From contig CACYCE010000022.1 of assembly GCA_902772915.1 (NCBI GenBank), forward strand, positions 21,760-85,759: 64,000 nucleotides of DNA, in the 5' to 3' direction. Shown here piece after piece: positions 9,546 to 18,896 of the stretch. The translations under genes were made by a program, and so were the position numbers. Every line of letters begins with the position of its first letter. Positions within the stretch are counted from its first letter, which is position 1. The DNA comes from an uncultured Erysipelotrichaceae bacterium (GTDB lineage Bacteria > Bacillota_I > Bacilli_A > RFN20 > CAG-288). The notes beneath the pieces are model-generated. The model worked only from the letters and a program-made list of their open reading frames with translations. It was not told the DNA's origin and did no database searches.

Positions 9546-9633
9546 TTTTCTTTTATTTAATTATTTAATTAATTATAATTATATTTCGGTATAGTGTAGC
9601 TAAAGCTAGCACAAAAAAACGAGGTGTTTACAT

Positions 9634-11139
9634 ATGGCTGAAATAGAAAAATTAACAGATCAAGAATTAGCAAGACGCGCCAAGCTTCCTAGATATGAAG
9701 AATTAGGTGTTTATCCTTTTGGTCACAAATTTGAAAGAAACGCTTTTTCTACTGATGTTATCGAAAAATACAAAGATATCTCCGAAGAAGATTTATTAAA
9801 TTGCACTGATGAAGTAATCGTCGCTGGTCGTATCAGATTACTTAGAAAAATGGGTAAAGCCAGTTTCTTCAATGTTCAAGATAAAAAAGGTATCATTCAA
9901 TGCTACATCAAAATGGACGATGTTGGTGAAAAAAATTACTCCGTATTCAAATTAGCAGATGTAGGAGATATCGTCGGCATCAGAGGTGGTCTAATGAAGA
10001 CTAGAACCGGTGAATTGACCATCAGAGTTAAAGAATTCACTCACTTAACTAAATCTTTAAAACCCCTTCCTGAAAAATTCCACGGCTTAACTGATGTAGA
10101 AGAAAGATACAGAAAGAGATATCTAGATTTAATTATGAATGACGATGCTAGAAGAATTGCTTTCTTGCGTCCTGCTATCATTCGTGCCATTCAACACTTC
10201 TTAGATAATAAAGATTTCGTCGAAGTTGAAACCAGTATCCTTCAACCTATCTTAGGAGGAGCTTCCGCTCGTCCTTTTGTCACTCACCACAATGCTTTAG
10301 ATAAAGATTTCTATTTGAGAATTGCCACTGAATTATCTTTGAAGAAATTATTAGTCGGTGGAATGGAAAGAGTCTATGAAATTGGTAGACAATTCAGAAA
10401 TGAAGGTATCGATATTACTCACAATCCTGAATTCACTTCCTTAGAGTTATATCAAGCTTACGGCGATTTAGGTGATATGGCTAACTTAACTGAAGAAATG
10501 TTTAGAATGTTAGCAGAAAAAGTTGTCCACTCTTACAAATTACATTGGTTAGGTCACGATATCGATTTAGAACCTAAGTTTAGAAGAGCTACTATGGCTG
10601 AATTAGTCAAAGAGAAAACAGGTGTCGATTTTGTCAACGATATAGTTACTGACGAGCAAGCTTTTGAAGTCGCTAAGAAATTCAACGTTGAAATTGAAAA
10701 ACATTTCACTTGGGGTCACGTCTTAAATGCTTTCTTTGAAAATTTTGTCGAAGAGACTCTAATTCAACCCACGTTTGTTTCTGGTCATCCTCTCGCTATA
10801 ACTCCTCTAGCTAGAAAAGATGAAAAGGATCCTCGTTTCACTCAAAGATTTGAACTCTTCATCGCTTGTAAAGAGTTCTGCAACGCCTACACCGAATTAA
10901 ATGATCCTATCGATCAAAAAGAAAGATTCTTAGCTCAATTAAAAGAAAAAGAATTAGGTAACCAGGAAGCTAGTGAATTGGATAATTCCTTCTTGGATGC
11001 TCTAGAATACGGTTTACCTCCTACCGGTGGTATTGGATATGGAATCGATAGAATGATTATGTTCTTTGCAGAAGTAGATTCCATTAGAGAAGTTCTCTTG
11101 TTCCCTACCATGAAAGATAGAGGCGGTGATAAAAAATAA
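9634..11139 (+). CDS. lysS: Lysine--tRNA ligase (class II)
   Basis: 501 aa. Class II aaRS motifs (FRNEGIDITHNPEFTSLELY, GGIGYGIDRMIMF) and an N-terminal OB fold. Confidence 0.95.
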   Translation: MAEIEKLTDQELARRAKLPRYEELGVYPFGHKFERNAFSTDVIEKYKDISEEDLLNCTDEVIVAGRIRLLRKMGKASFFNVQDKKGIIQCYIKMDDVGEKNYSVFKLADVGDIVGIRGGLMKTRTGELTIRVKEFTHLTKSLKPLPEKFHGLTDVEERYRKRYLDLIMNDDARRIAFLRPAIIRAIQHFLDNKDFVEVETSILQPILGGASARPFVTHHNALDKDFYLRIATELSLKKLLVGGMERVYEIGRQFRNEGIDITHNPEFTSLELYQAYGDLGDMANLTEEMFRMLAEKVVHSYKLHWLGHDIDLEPKFRRATMAELVKEKTGVDFVNDIVTDEQAFEVAKKFNVEIEKHFTWGHVLNAFFENFVEETLIQPTFVSGHPLAITPLARKDEKDPRFTQRFELFIACKEFCNAYTELNDPIDQKERFLAQLKEKELGNQEASELDNSFLDALEYGLPPTGGIGYGIDRMIMFFAEVDSIREVLLFPTMKDRGGDKK

Positions 11140-11417
11140 TGGAAGTCAAATTGCAAATCCATAGAGATCAATTCTCCTTCGACTTATTTGACAATCAAAT
11201 TCAAGCAGGTTATCTTTCTGGGAAAATCTCTGGTAATGTAGTTATCGCTGAGCACACAATTGTTTTCGAACAATATCAAGGTCGGGGTTTAGCAGATAAA
11301 TTATATTCTTCCTTAATTGAATTTATAGAATTAAATAATTATAAACTTCACCCGGTTTGCTCTTATGTAGTTAAGAAAGCTTCCCAGGATGAAAAAATTA
11401 AAAATCTAATAATTTAA
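11139..11417 (+). CDS. Small GNAT-like (Acetyltransf_CG-type) protein
   Basis: 92 aa. The pattern HT.V....QG.GLA..L ... HPVCSYV resembles short GNAT-fold proteins. ATG overlaps the lysS stop. Confidence 0.4.
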   Translation: MEVKLQIHRDQFSFDLFDNQIQAGYLSGKISGNVVIAEHTIVFEQYQGRGLADKLYSSLIEFIELNNYKLHPVCSYVVKKASQDEKIKNLII

Positions 11418-11455
11418 GAAGTTGGTAATGAATCTAAAAAGCCAACTTCTTTTTT
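11418..11455 (+). terminator. Rho-independent terminator of the lysS operon
   Basis: GAAGTTGG-(16 nt loop)-CCAACTTC followed by TTTTTT. Confidence 0.5.
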
Positions 11456-11601
11456 ATATAAAAATAAAGATAATTACAAAAATATATCTCTACACTCGAG
11501 AATTATTAAACAATTAGACCAAAATGTTTAAAATTATCATATATTTTCTAGTTAATTTATTTATTTAGTGTATAATTTTAATAAGGGGGGATTACTGAAG
11601 T

Positions 11602-11823
11602 ATGTCTTGGTTTAACAAACAATCACGTCTAGTCCAAATCATCTTATTACTCATTCCTTTCGTTAACTGGATCGTCGAAATTTATGTTCGTGTCACTTCC
11701 GTTATCGAAAAACCTACTCTCGAAAACATTTTGGGTGTAGTCTTCGGCTTAATCATTCCTATCTTCGGTTGGATTGATTTGGTTTGGGTTTTACTCTTCA
11801 ATCACTTATTGCTCTGCAAATAA
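11602..11823 (+). CDS. Small 2-TM membrane protein, unknown function
   Basis: 73 aa, two hydrophobic helices, RBS GGGGG upstream. Confidence 0.4.
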   Translation: MSWFNKQSRLVQIILLLIPFVNWIVEIYVRVTSVIEKPTLENILGVVFGLIIPIFGWIDLVWVLLFNHLLLCK

Positions 11824-11845
11824 GTTCAAGATTAAAGAACCAAAA

Positions 11846-11874
11846 ACCTCTAGGCAACTAGAGGTTTTTTATTT
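11846..11874. terminator. Bidirectional terminator (small membrane gene / ribF)
   Basis: CCTCTAG-gcaa-CTAGAGG flanked by an A-run and a T-run. Confidence 0.55.
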
Positions 11875-12756
11875 ATCTAAAATTTTTAATATTATTTTTT
11901 TATCTTCTTTAATTTGCTTTACTAAATCATCTACAGAATCGAATTTTTTCTCTTCTCGAATATAAGATACAAATTCTAGAATTACATCTTGAGAATATAA
12001 ATCTCTATTCATAGCGAAGATGTTAGTTTCAATATCAGGTCTATCTAATTTAGAGATAGTAGGATGGACACCGATATTAGTCATGGAAGGATATTTAATT
12101 CCCTCAATATATATATTTGTTGCGTAAACCCCACATTTAGGAAAAACATATTCTTCTTTGGGAGTGATATTCGCTGTAGGGATTCCTAAAATTGAAGTAC
12201 CATTATGAAAACCGTGTTCGACTTTTCCTTTAATAGAATAAAATCGATTTAAATCTCTATTAGCTTTTTCGATTTCTCCATTTTCAATATAAGAAATAAT
12301 AGAAGAGGAGGATATCTTATTTCCTTTTTTATCATACGCAAAATCCACTTCTTCAACTTCAAAGTAGGATTTAAGTAAATCAACCTTCCCTATTCCTCCT
12401 TTGCCGAAAGAATAATCTCTTCCGACGTAGATTTTATTTATGTTCAAAGGTTTTAAAACTTCATTGATAAAAACTTCCGGAGAATAATTTTTAACATCTT
12501 TAAAATCTAGAATGAACAAATAATCTACACCCATCTTTTCTAGAAGATTCTTCTTATCTTCTAAAGAGGTGAGAACATCTTCTCTTTTAAAAGGAGAAAA
12601 GAAAGTCATTAAACCTAATTTGCTTCCCTCCTTTAAAGCGGTGTTAATTAATTTTTGATGGCCTAGATGAATTCCATCAAAAAAACCTAAGCAAATATTA
12701 ATCTTCTCATTTGATAAATAATTAAAACTTTTATTTATGTAATTAAATGTTTTCAT
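11869..12756 (-). CDS. ribF: Bifunctional riboflavin kinase / FMN adenylyltransferase
   Basis: 295 aa. N-terminal FAD synthetase GFFDGIHLGHQKL and a C-terminal riboflavin kinase domain. Confidence 0.9.
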   Translation of the reverse strand: MKTFNYINKSFNYLSNEKINICLGFFDGIHLGHQKLINTALKEGSKLGLMTFFSPFKREDVLTSLEDKKNLLEKMGVDYLFILDFKDVKNYSPEVFINEVLKPLNINKIYVGRDYSFGKGGIGKVDLLKSYFEVEEVDFAYDKKGNKISSSSIISYIENGEIEKANRDLNRFYSIKGKVEHGFHNGTSILGIPTANITPKEEYVFPKCGVYATNIYIEGIKYPSMTNIGVHPTISKLDRPDIETNIFAMNRDLYSQDVILEFVSYIREEKKFDSVDDLVKQIKEDKKIILKILDK

Positions 12757-13625
12757 TACGCGAATTGTTTAACACTTTTATATTTTTGCTCATCTAAACG
12801 AGCATAAATTGCTAAATCTTCTCCATCTTTAGTAAAAAAAACTTTGTCGTGTTTAGATTTGAAATAAATTTCCGAACCATTTCTAACTCTCTTTTCAATA
12901 GAAGGATTAGTAATCTCGATTAGAGGTATTTCTTTAAATAGTTCGTGAATAGGAATTAAATCTTCTAAAGAAATATTCCCAAAGTCCTTACTTTGCTCGA
13001 TAGAAAATTCTCCAACTTTAATTCTTCTTAATTTAATTAGATGACCTAACTCATCTAACTTAGTAGAGATATCTTCTCCCAAAGTTCTTATATATGTTCC
13101 TTTAGAGACATCAGCGGTAAAAGTAATGGTGTTATTTATTGAATCATATTCATTTAAATAAATGTCTTTAATATCGATTTCCCTTTGTTTTCTCTCAACT
13201 TCTATACCATCTCTAGCTAATTTATACAAAGGTACACCATCTCTTTTTAAAGCGGAATACATCGGAGGTATCTGTTTAGATTTGCCTAAGAATGAATTTA
13301 AAACATTCTCAATTTCTTCTTTCTTGTGAGGCGAAACTTCTTTGGTTTTAACAATATTACCGGTTAAGTCTCCAGTGTCAGTTAATTCCCCTAATTTAAT
13401 GGTGGCAATATAAGTCTTTCTCCACTCTTCGAACATACCTAAAACTCTAGTTCCTTTATTAACCCCTATAATTAATAAGCCGGAAGCAAAAGGATCTAAG
13501 GTTCCTAAATGACCGCACTTTTTTAAATCTAACTTTTTCTTTAAAGTTAGTTCTTCTTTTAAAGATATCCTTCCTTCGCTTTTATCGAAAAGTAAAATTC
13601 CACTTTGTTCATTCATAATGCTCAT
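12756..13625 (-). CDS. truB: tRNA pseudouridine(55) synthase
   Basis: 289 aa. Catalytic motif GHLGTLDPFASGLL. Stop overlaps the ribF start. Confidence 0.9.
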   Translation of the reverse strand: MSIMNEQSGILLFDKSEGRISLKEELTLKKKLDLKKCGHLGTLDPFASGLLIIGVNKGTRVLGMFEEWRKTYIATIKLGELTDTGDLTGNIVKTKEVSPHKKEEIENVLNSFLGKSKQIPPMYSALKRDGVPLYKLARDGIEVERKQREIDIKDIYLNEYDSINNTITFTADVSKGTYIRTLGEDISTKLDELGHLIKLRRIKVGEFSIEQSKDFGNISLEDLIPIHELFKEIPLIEITNPSIEKRVRNGSEIYFKSKHDKVFFTKDGEDLAIYARLDEQKYKSVKQFA

Positions 13626-13670
13626 TAATTATAGCAAGAAACTTAATAAAGTATTAAATTAGATATATAT

Positions 13671-14120
13671 ATGAATAACAGTAAATTAACATTTAAAAAA
13701 ATAACTACTCCTAACGAGATGTCTTACGCTTTCATTATTCGTAAAGATGTTTTTATTAAAGAGCAAAATGTCGATGTAGATTTAGAGATTGATGGAGAAG
13801 ATGATAAAGCTAATCAATACCTTCTTTTAGAAGGAGATAAGCCTGTAGGAACTTTGCGCGTCTTTTTAGATTTAAAAACTCGTTCAGCTCACATTGGTAG
13901 AGTCGCTATTATCAAAGATAAGAGAAAACTAGGTTACGGTAAATTTATGATGAATAAAATCATAAATATATTAAAAGAAAATTATTCCCCTTTAAGAATT
14001 GAAGTCGAATCTCAACTTAAGGTCCGTAAATTTTATGAATCTCTAGGATTTATTCCTGTCTCAGAAGAGATAATTATGGATGCGGGTATAGAGCATATCC
14101 AAATGTATTTAAACGTCTAA
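13671..14120 (+). CDS. GNAT family N-acetyltransferase
   Basis: 149 aa. Acetyl-CoA binding motif RVAIIKDKRKLGYGKFMM. Confidence 0.8.
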   Translation: MNNSKLTFKKITTPNEMSYAFIIRKDVFIKEQNVDVDLEIDGEDDKANQYLLLEGDKPVGTLRVFLDLKTRSAHIGRVAIIKDKRKLGYGKFMMNKIINILKENYSPLRIEVESQLKVRKFYESLGFIPVSEEIIMDAGIEHIQMYLNV

Positions 14121-14121
14121 A

Positions 14122-15087
14122 ATGAAATATTTTGTAAGTTATTCAGAGGTTTTTTCTAGAGATAATCAAACAAAAAAAGAATCTTTAAGATTGCAGACAT
14201 ACAATCTTTTAATCAAGTTTTTATCTCGCAAACAAATTCCCAATAACCACATCATTGAAGAATTTAATAAATTTAAAAATTATTTTGAATCTAAAGAATT
14301 TACCAATGTATATTTCCTCTCCCCTTTTATCATCAATGAAAATAAGTTTGTAAAAAATATTTATAAACTAATTACTCTATCTGGAGAATCTAACTCTTAT
14401 AATTCTATTCTTAAAGACATTCAAAATGATGTTGAAGAAATAAAAAGAGGCGCTTCAGCATATAAAACCAATTACATGATCAAAGTAGATACTGCAGATA
14501 ATTATTTAGAAAAATATTATAAATCCCCCGAATTATTAACTAATCTCGTTTTAGAATCTGAAAAAGAAAACAACATCTTGTTTGAAATCTCTAGACAAGG
14601 ATTTACTAAAAAAGACAATTTATTATCTCTTCTCTATTTAAAATTAAGATACGATAACTTATCTAAAAGCGAAGATGTAGAATCCATTATTAAAGATGGT
14701 GAAGAATTGATTAAAGTCTATCCTTATTACACTTATTATTATTTATTAGGAATGTGCTATGACAGCCCTTATTGTAATAGAGAAAATAAAACCTCTAAAG
14801 CTCTAGAATATTTTATTAAAGGAAGCGAACAAAACGATACTAATTGCATCTACATGGCTGGTTTACATTATTTTATGGGTCTAGGTACATCTAAAGACGT
14901 ATTAAAAGCTAGAGACTATTTTGAAAAGGGTGCGAAATTAAACGATATCGATTGTTCTTCTTGTTTAGGTATCTATTATCTATCAATTAACGATAAAGAG
15001 AAAGCCAAACCATATATAGAAGATTCCGCTTCTAAAGGAGACTATAAAGCTCTACTTTTATTAGATACAGACTTTAGAGAAAATTAA
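14122..15087 (+). CDS. Sel1-like / TPR repeat protein, unknown function
   Basis: 321 aa. C-terminal repeats ALEYFIKGSEQNDTNCIYMAGLHYFMGLG and ARDYFEKGAKLNDIDCSSCLGIYY are of Sel1 type. Start is 1 nt after the GNAT stop. Confidence 0.55.
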   Translation: MKYFVSYSEVFSRDNQTKKESLRLQTYNLLIKFLSRKQIPNNHIIEEFNKFKNYFESKEFTNVYFLSPFIINENKFVKNIYKLITLSGESNSYNSILKDIQNDVEEIKRGASAYKTNYMIKVDTADNYLEKYYKSPELLTNLVLESEKENNILFEISRQGFTKKDNLLSLLYLKLRYDNLSKSEDVESIIKDGEELIKVYPYYTYYYLLGMCYDSPYCNRENKTSKALEYFIKGSEQNDTNCIYMAGLHYFMGLGTSKDVLKARDYFEKGAKLNDIDCSSCLGIYYLSINDKEKAKPYIEDSASKGDYKALLLLDTDFREN

Positions 15088-15205
15088 CTGTTGCAAAATC
15101 TTTTCTAACAAGTTATTATTTCTATGCGACTTTTACTTGGTTATGACTTCTCCTCGAATTATAACTAGGTATTAGTTAAGACCATTTCATAGGAGGAAAA
15201 TTAAA

Positions 15206-15475
15206 ATGGCGTTATTAAAAGACGAAAAGGCTGAAATCGTCAAAGCTTATGGTAAGGATGAAAAAGACACCGGATCTTCCGCTGTCCAAGTCGCCTTATT
15301 AACTAAGAGAATCAATGACTTAACCGAACACTTAAAGGTTAACACACACGACTATTCTTCCAAGAGAGCTTTGTTTGTTTTAGTCGGTAAGAGAAGCGGT
15401 TTATTACATTACATCGATTCTCAAGACCACGACGCTTACTTAGAGCTCATCAAAAAGCTCGGTATCAGAAAGTAA
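15206..15475 (+). CDS. rpsO: 30S ribosomal protein S15
   Basis: 89 aa, highly conserved S15 sequence (GSSAVQVALLTKRINDLTEHLK). Confidence 0.95.
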   Translation: MALLKDEKAEIVKAYGKDEKDTGSSAVQVALLTKRINDLTEHLKVNTHDYSSKRALFVLVGKRSGLLHYIDSQDHDAYLELIKKLGIRK

Positions 15476-15485
15476 ATCTAACTTT

Positions 15486-15525
15486 ACTTCTATTAACTCG
15501 ATTGTTTCTAATCGAGTTTTTTATT
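15486..15525 (+). terminator. rpsO Rho-independent terminator
   Basis: CTCGATT-gtttcta-AATCGAG followed by TTTTTTATT. Confidence 0.5.
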
Positions 15526-15551
15526 ATTTAATTTTTGTTTAGAATATAAGT

Positions 15552-16679
15552 ATGAAAAAAGTTATTTGCATTGGAGGAGGTCTATCGTCTTCTCTATTCG
15601 CTTATCAAGTTAAAAAGAATCACCCTTCTTATAAAGTAATAATATTAGAAAAAGATGAAAAGATTCTAAAAAGAGTTTTAATTTCCGGTAACGGAAGATG
15701 CAATTTCTTCAACGGAGACTTTTTAAATGGTTCTTACCCTTTAAGATTCAACTTTCCTTCGAAAGTTAAAGAACTTATATCTGAAAATACTATTGATGAA
15801 TTTATAAAAATCTTAAAATATGAATTTAATTTCTCTTATTACTCTGATTCCTCTTTAAGATATTATCCTTTCTCTAATTCTTCATCGTCTTTTAGAGATA
15901 TCTTAATAAAAAAATTAAATGAAGTTGGAGTAGAAACATTAACAAACTCTAAAGTCGTTTCTATTTCTCCTAAAAATAAAACTGTAAATTTAGAATCAGG
16001 TAATCTCAATTACGATTACATTTTTATAGGTATAGGAGGAAAAGCCTACGATAGAGATATAAACGAAAATATACTTTCTAATTTAAATATAGATGTTAAT
16101 CCTTATGAAAGTTGTCTTTGCCCTTTATATACCAAAAATAAATATCCTTCCTTAGATGGAGTAAGAATTAAAGGTATTCTACATTTGTTAATTAACTCTA
16201 AAGAAGTATATAAAGAAGAAGGTGAATTATTATTTAAAAAAGATGGTATTTCAGGCATCTGCATATTCAATTCTTCCTTGTTTATTAACGAAAAATCTAA
16301 AAACGTCATTAAATTTAACCCTTTGTGTCACGACAATGTCGATTTAACCGAGATTTATCGTGAATTTAATTACGATAATTTAGTTTCTATTTTTCCTGAC
16401 AAATTAGTTAAACTATTGTTAAAAAATCGTGAAAAACTCGATATAAATGAATTGTTGAATTTCTTTACATTTGAAATTAAAGGTAAATATCCCTTGAAGA
16501 ATTCTCAAATATCACTAGGTGGTATTTCTTTAAATGAAATCGACAATAATTTTAGATTAAATAAACATCAAAATATTTTTGTAGGGGGAGAGATAATTGA
16601 TCTTCACGCCATTTGTGGTGGATACAATATAGGCTTTGCCCTTCTTTCTGCTTTGCGCGCATCAAAAAGCGTCAATTAG
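15552..16679 (+). CDS. HI0933/BaiN-family NAD(P)/FAD-dependent oxidoreductase (YhiN-like flavoprotein)
   Basis: 375 aa. N-terminal Rossmann VICIGGGLSSS and the family-specific ISGNGRCNF motif. Confidence 0.75.
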   Translation: MKKVICIGGGLSSSLFAYQVKKNHPSYKVIILEKDEKILKRVLISGNGRCNFFNGDFLNGSYPLRFNFPSKVKELISENTIDEFIKILKYEFNFSYYSDSSLRYYPFSNSSSSFRDILIKKLNEVGVETLTNSKVVSISPKNKTVNLESGNLNYDYIFIGIGGKAYDRDINENILSNLNIDVNPYESCLCPLYTKNKYPSLDGVRIKGILHLLINSKEVYKEEGELLFKKDGISGICIFNSSLFINEKSKNVIKFNPLCHDNVDLTEIYREFNYDNLVSIFPDKLVKLLLKNREKLDINELLNFFTFEIKGKYPLKNSQISLGGISLNEIDNNFRLNKHQNIFVGGEIIDLHAICGGYNIGFALLSALRASKSVN

Positions 16680-16715
16680 AAAATAAAAAGATTATAATTT
16701 ATTTAATGAAAGGAG

Positions 16716-17354
16716 ATGAATATGACTAAAGAAGAAGTTTTAGAAAACTATCTCGATTATTTATCTCCGGATTTAAGTAAGAGAAAAGAAGCTTTAATTC
16801 AAAAATCAAAATGGTTTAAATCTACTTTTTATATTCCCTTCTCTTTTAAAGGCGAGTACAATTTGCCTTCTTTAACTTCTTTCTTAGATGGTAAAATTAA
16901 ATTCTCTAAATTGAGAATATCCAATATCGAGACTACATCCTCTAAAAACTCCATTGATATTTTCAATAAGTTTTATCGTTATGTTAAATTGTATTCTTCA
17001 ATACCTAAGAAAGCTCCTGAAGATGTCTTTTTCATACAAATAAATCTCTCGAAAATTGATAAGACAGATTACAAATTACTAATGCCCGCTTTTTTCTATT
17101 GTCTACCTGCGAGTATGATGAAATTTAATTATTTATCTACTGATATTAGACAAGTATTTAAAAGGGCGTGTACTGGTTCTTTAAATGAAGCAGTTCTAAT
17201 TTTAGATAAGAATTTTTTAGAAGAAAACGACTCTTACGAAGTCGATGGTATAGATTTTGTCATCATTTATGATCAAATGTCCGAAAAAAAGCAGGAAATA
17301 ATAGAAAAAGTCGCAAAAAAATTTAAATTAAGAGTAAAATATATTTACTCATGA
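16716..17354 (+). CDS. Hypothetical protein (212 aa), first of a coupled pair
   Basis: No recognisable motifs. RBS AAAGGAG. Its stop overlaps the next ATG (ATGA). Confidence 0.45.
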   Translation: MNMTKEEVLENYLDYLSPDLSKRKEALIQKSKWFKSTFYIPFSFKGEYNLPSLTSFLDGKIKFSKLRISNIETTSSKNSIDIFNKFYRYVKLYSSIPKKAPEDVFFIQINLSKIDKTDYKLLMPAFFYCLPASMMKFNYLSTDIRQVFKRACTGSLNEAVLILDKNFLEENDSYEVDGIDFVIIYDQMSEKKQEIIEKVAKKFKLRVKYIYS

Positions 17355-18490
17355 ACGAATCTAAATATTCTAAGCAAGATGTGACTCTTCTTCGAGAGTT
17401 AACTATTCTTGCTATCAATCTCTATTCCAGTAAATACAACAATGGAGCAATATCGAATTTATACGTGCAATCTGAACTTGCAAATTTTTCTCGTATTTAC
17501 TATTTTTATTTCATTAAAGATTGTAAAACCGAAGAAGAAAAATTAAAGGTTATGACTCAACAATTCCTAGAAAATTGCGCTAAATCTATAGTTGAGCACT
17601 ACCAAATCATCGCTTCTTATCGCCACAAAGCAAGTTCCTCTTCTATGAATCAATTCTCTGAGTTGTCTTTTGCTTTGGAAACTACTATTACAATGATGAT
17701 TAATGTCATTGAACCTCTTTCGACTAAAAATCCTTCCCAAACTCTCATGCCTGATTTATTTTTAAAATTATTCATGCAAGCTATAGGAGTCTTAAAGATG
17801 TTAAATTACGACTTATCTACGGAAGCGTATTCAACTTGGAGAACTCTTCACGAAGCTGAATGTGTAGTTAAATTGTTAGTTGAAGGTGGAAGTGAACTTC
17901 AAACAACCTATAAAAAACATATTCTCTATTCAAATGTTTATAGAAGAATGTATCAAGAAAATGACAACACTAAAAAAGTTTTCGCAGATTTGAAAGCTGA
18001 AATGGCTGAACATGGTCTTAAAAGTAAAGACATGAAAAAATTTATAGAATACGGTTGGTTGTATTCTTGTAAAACTTTTGATTCTTCCAATCCTTTATAT
18101 AAATTAAATTTTAGAGATGGTTTACAAAAAGCTGCGGGTTTAGAAGAATATAACACTTCTTATGAAGTCGCTTCTGAAATTACTCACTCTTCTCCTATTT
18201 TCTTTTATTCCAATGCTTCACTTTTAGGAGATATCTCTATTGTCAATCTTTCAGATACTATTATTAGATCCATAAATTATTTTGATACCTATGTTACTAA
18301 TTTAGGTATAGCTAATAATGATTTCAATTTGATTAAGAGTGTATATGTACATAATTTGATTAAGCATTCCCAGATAAAAGAAGAGTCTTTTTACACTAAA
18401 TATAAAGATTTCATATTTGAAGAGACTGAAGAAGGAGATTTAACCATCAGCGATGAAATTAAACCCATTCTCAATACCGACCACATTTGA
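17351..18490 (+). CDS. Hypothetical protein (379 aa), second of a coupled pair
   Basis: No recognisable motifs. Predicted soluble and largely alpha-helical in the N-terminal half. Confidence 0.45.
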   Translation: MNESKYSKQDVTLLRELTILAINLYSSKYNNGAISNLYVQSELANFSRIYYFYFIKDCKTEEEKLKVMTQQFLENCAKSIVEHYQIIASYRHKASSSSMNQFSELSFALETTITMMINVIEPLSTKNPSQTLMPDLFLKLFMQAIGVLKMLNYDLSTEAYSTWRTLHEAECVVKLLVEGGSELQTTYKKHILYSNVYRRMYQENDNTKKVFADLKAEMAEHGLKSKDMKKFIEYGWLYSCKTFDSSNPLYKLNFRDGLQKAAGLEEYNTSYEVASEITHSSPIFFYSNASLLGDISIVNLSDTIIRSINYFDTYVTNLGIANNDFNLIKSVYVHNLIKHSQIKEESFYTKYKDFIFEETEEGDLTISDEIKPILNTDHI

Positions 18491-18538
18491 TTTTAAATTC
18501 AAACAATTTAAATAATTTAATGTTTTTTGTTCATTACT

Positions 18539-18568
18539 CTTGCTATACGTTTACTTTTATGTAAAATA
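18539..18568 (+). promoter_or_regulatory. Putative sigma-A promoter for the lysine-riboswitch-controlled ABC operon
   Basis: TTGCTA, an 18-nt spacer, then TG-n-TAAAAT (extended -10). Confidence 0.3.
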
Positions 18569-18607
18569 GATAGTAATCTAGTCAGCTGCTAGATTTATTT
18601 TGCCACT

Positions 18608-18795
18608 AAGTAGAGGCGCGATTTATCAAGAGTAACAATTCAGAGTATGTTGATTTGCTAAGAAGAATTGCAAAAGGGGTAAATTGCCGAAAGAAAATCT
18701 GATTCAACTATAATTTTCTTGGGCGAAGTTAGAACATAACTTCGACTGTCATCGTTGAGCTAACGATGGAGAACTATTAAGTGTTGCTTATATAT
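18608..18795 (+). promoter_or_regulatory. Lysine riboswitch (L-box) aptamer
   Basis: AGAGGCGCGATTTATCAAGAGTA ... AAAGGGGTAAATTGCCGAAAG ... ACTGTCATCG matches the conserved L-box core (B. subtilis lysC leader: AGAGGTGCGAACTTCAAGAGTATG ... AAAGGGGAGCGTCGCCGAAG ... GCTGTCAAG). It lies upstream of an amino-acid ABC transporter. Confidence 0.6.
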
Positions 18796-18812
18796 AAATT
18801 ATGTATGCAATA

Positions 18813-18853
18813 TGCGGTAGTTCTCTATTTAGGAGAACTACCGCTTTTCTTCT
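18813..18853 (+). terminator. Riboswitch expression-platform intrinsic terminator
   Basis: GCGGTAGTTCTC-tatttagg-AGAACTACCGC followed by TTTTCTTCTT. The track ORF starting at 18801 reads through this structure and is therefore not the true N-terminus. Confidence 0.6.
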
Positions 18854-18896
18854 TATGGCAAAGAAAGCAATCTATTGTTATAGGAGGAAAGAAAAA

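Noticed and set aside
9546-9633. Possible T-box leader upstream of lysS
   Set aside because: The intergenic region is only about 88 bp. It is too short for a T-box riboswitch and shows no antiterminator or T-box sequence, so it is just a promoter and RBS.
15088-15205. Possible S15 autoregulatory leader structure upstream of rpsO
   Set aside because: I could not identify a convincing conserved pseudoknot or three-way junction by eye. It is left as an ordinary promoter/5'UTR and would need an Rfam scan.
18601-18640. Possible SAM-I (S-box) or T-box leader, because of the TTATCAAGAG string
   Set aside because: The downstream elements match the lysine riboswitch core (AAAGGGG...GCCGAAAG, CTGTCA). 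They do not match the SAM-I GGAGGGA/GCCC motifs or a T-box AGAGA / specifier / GGTGGTACCGCG arrangement.
18801-18896. N-terminal 32 codons of the track ORF for the ABC substrate-binding protein (MYAICGSSLFRRTTAFLLMAKK...)
   Set aside because: This stretch is the riboswitch terminator hairpin (GCGGTAGTTCTC...AGAACTACCGC). The real start is the ATG at 18897, preceded by GGAGG and followed by a lipoprotein signal peptide.
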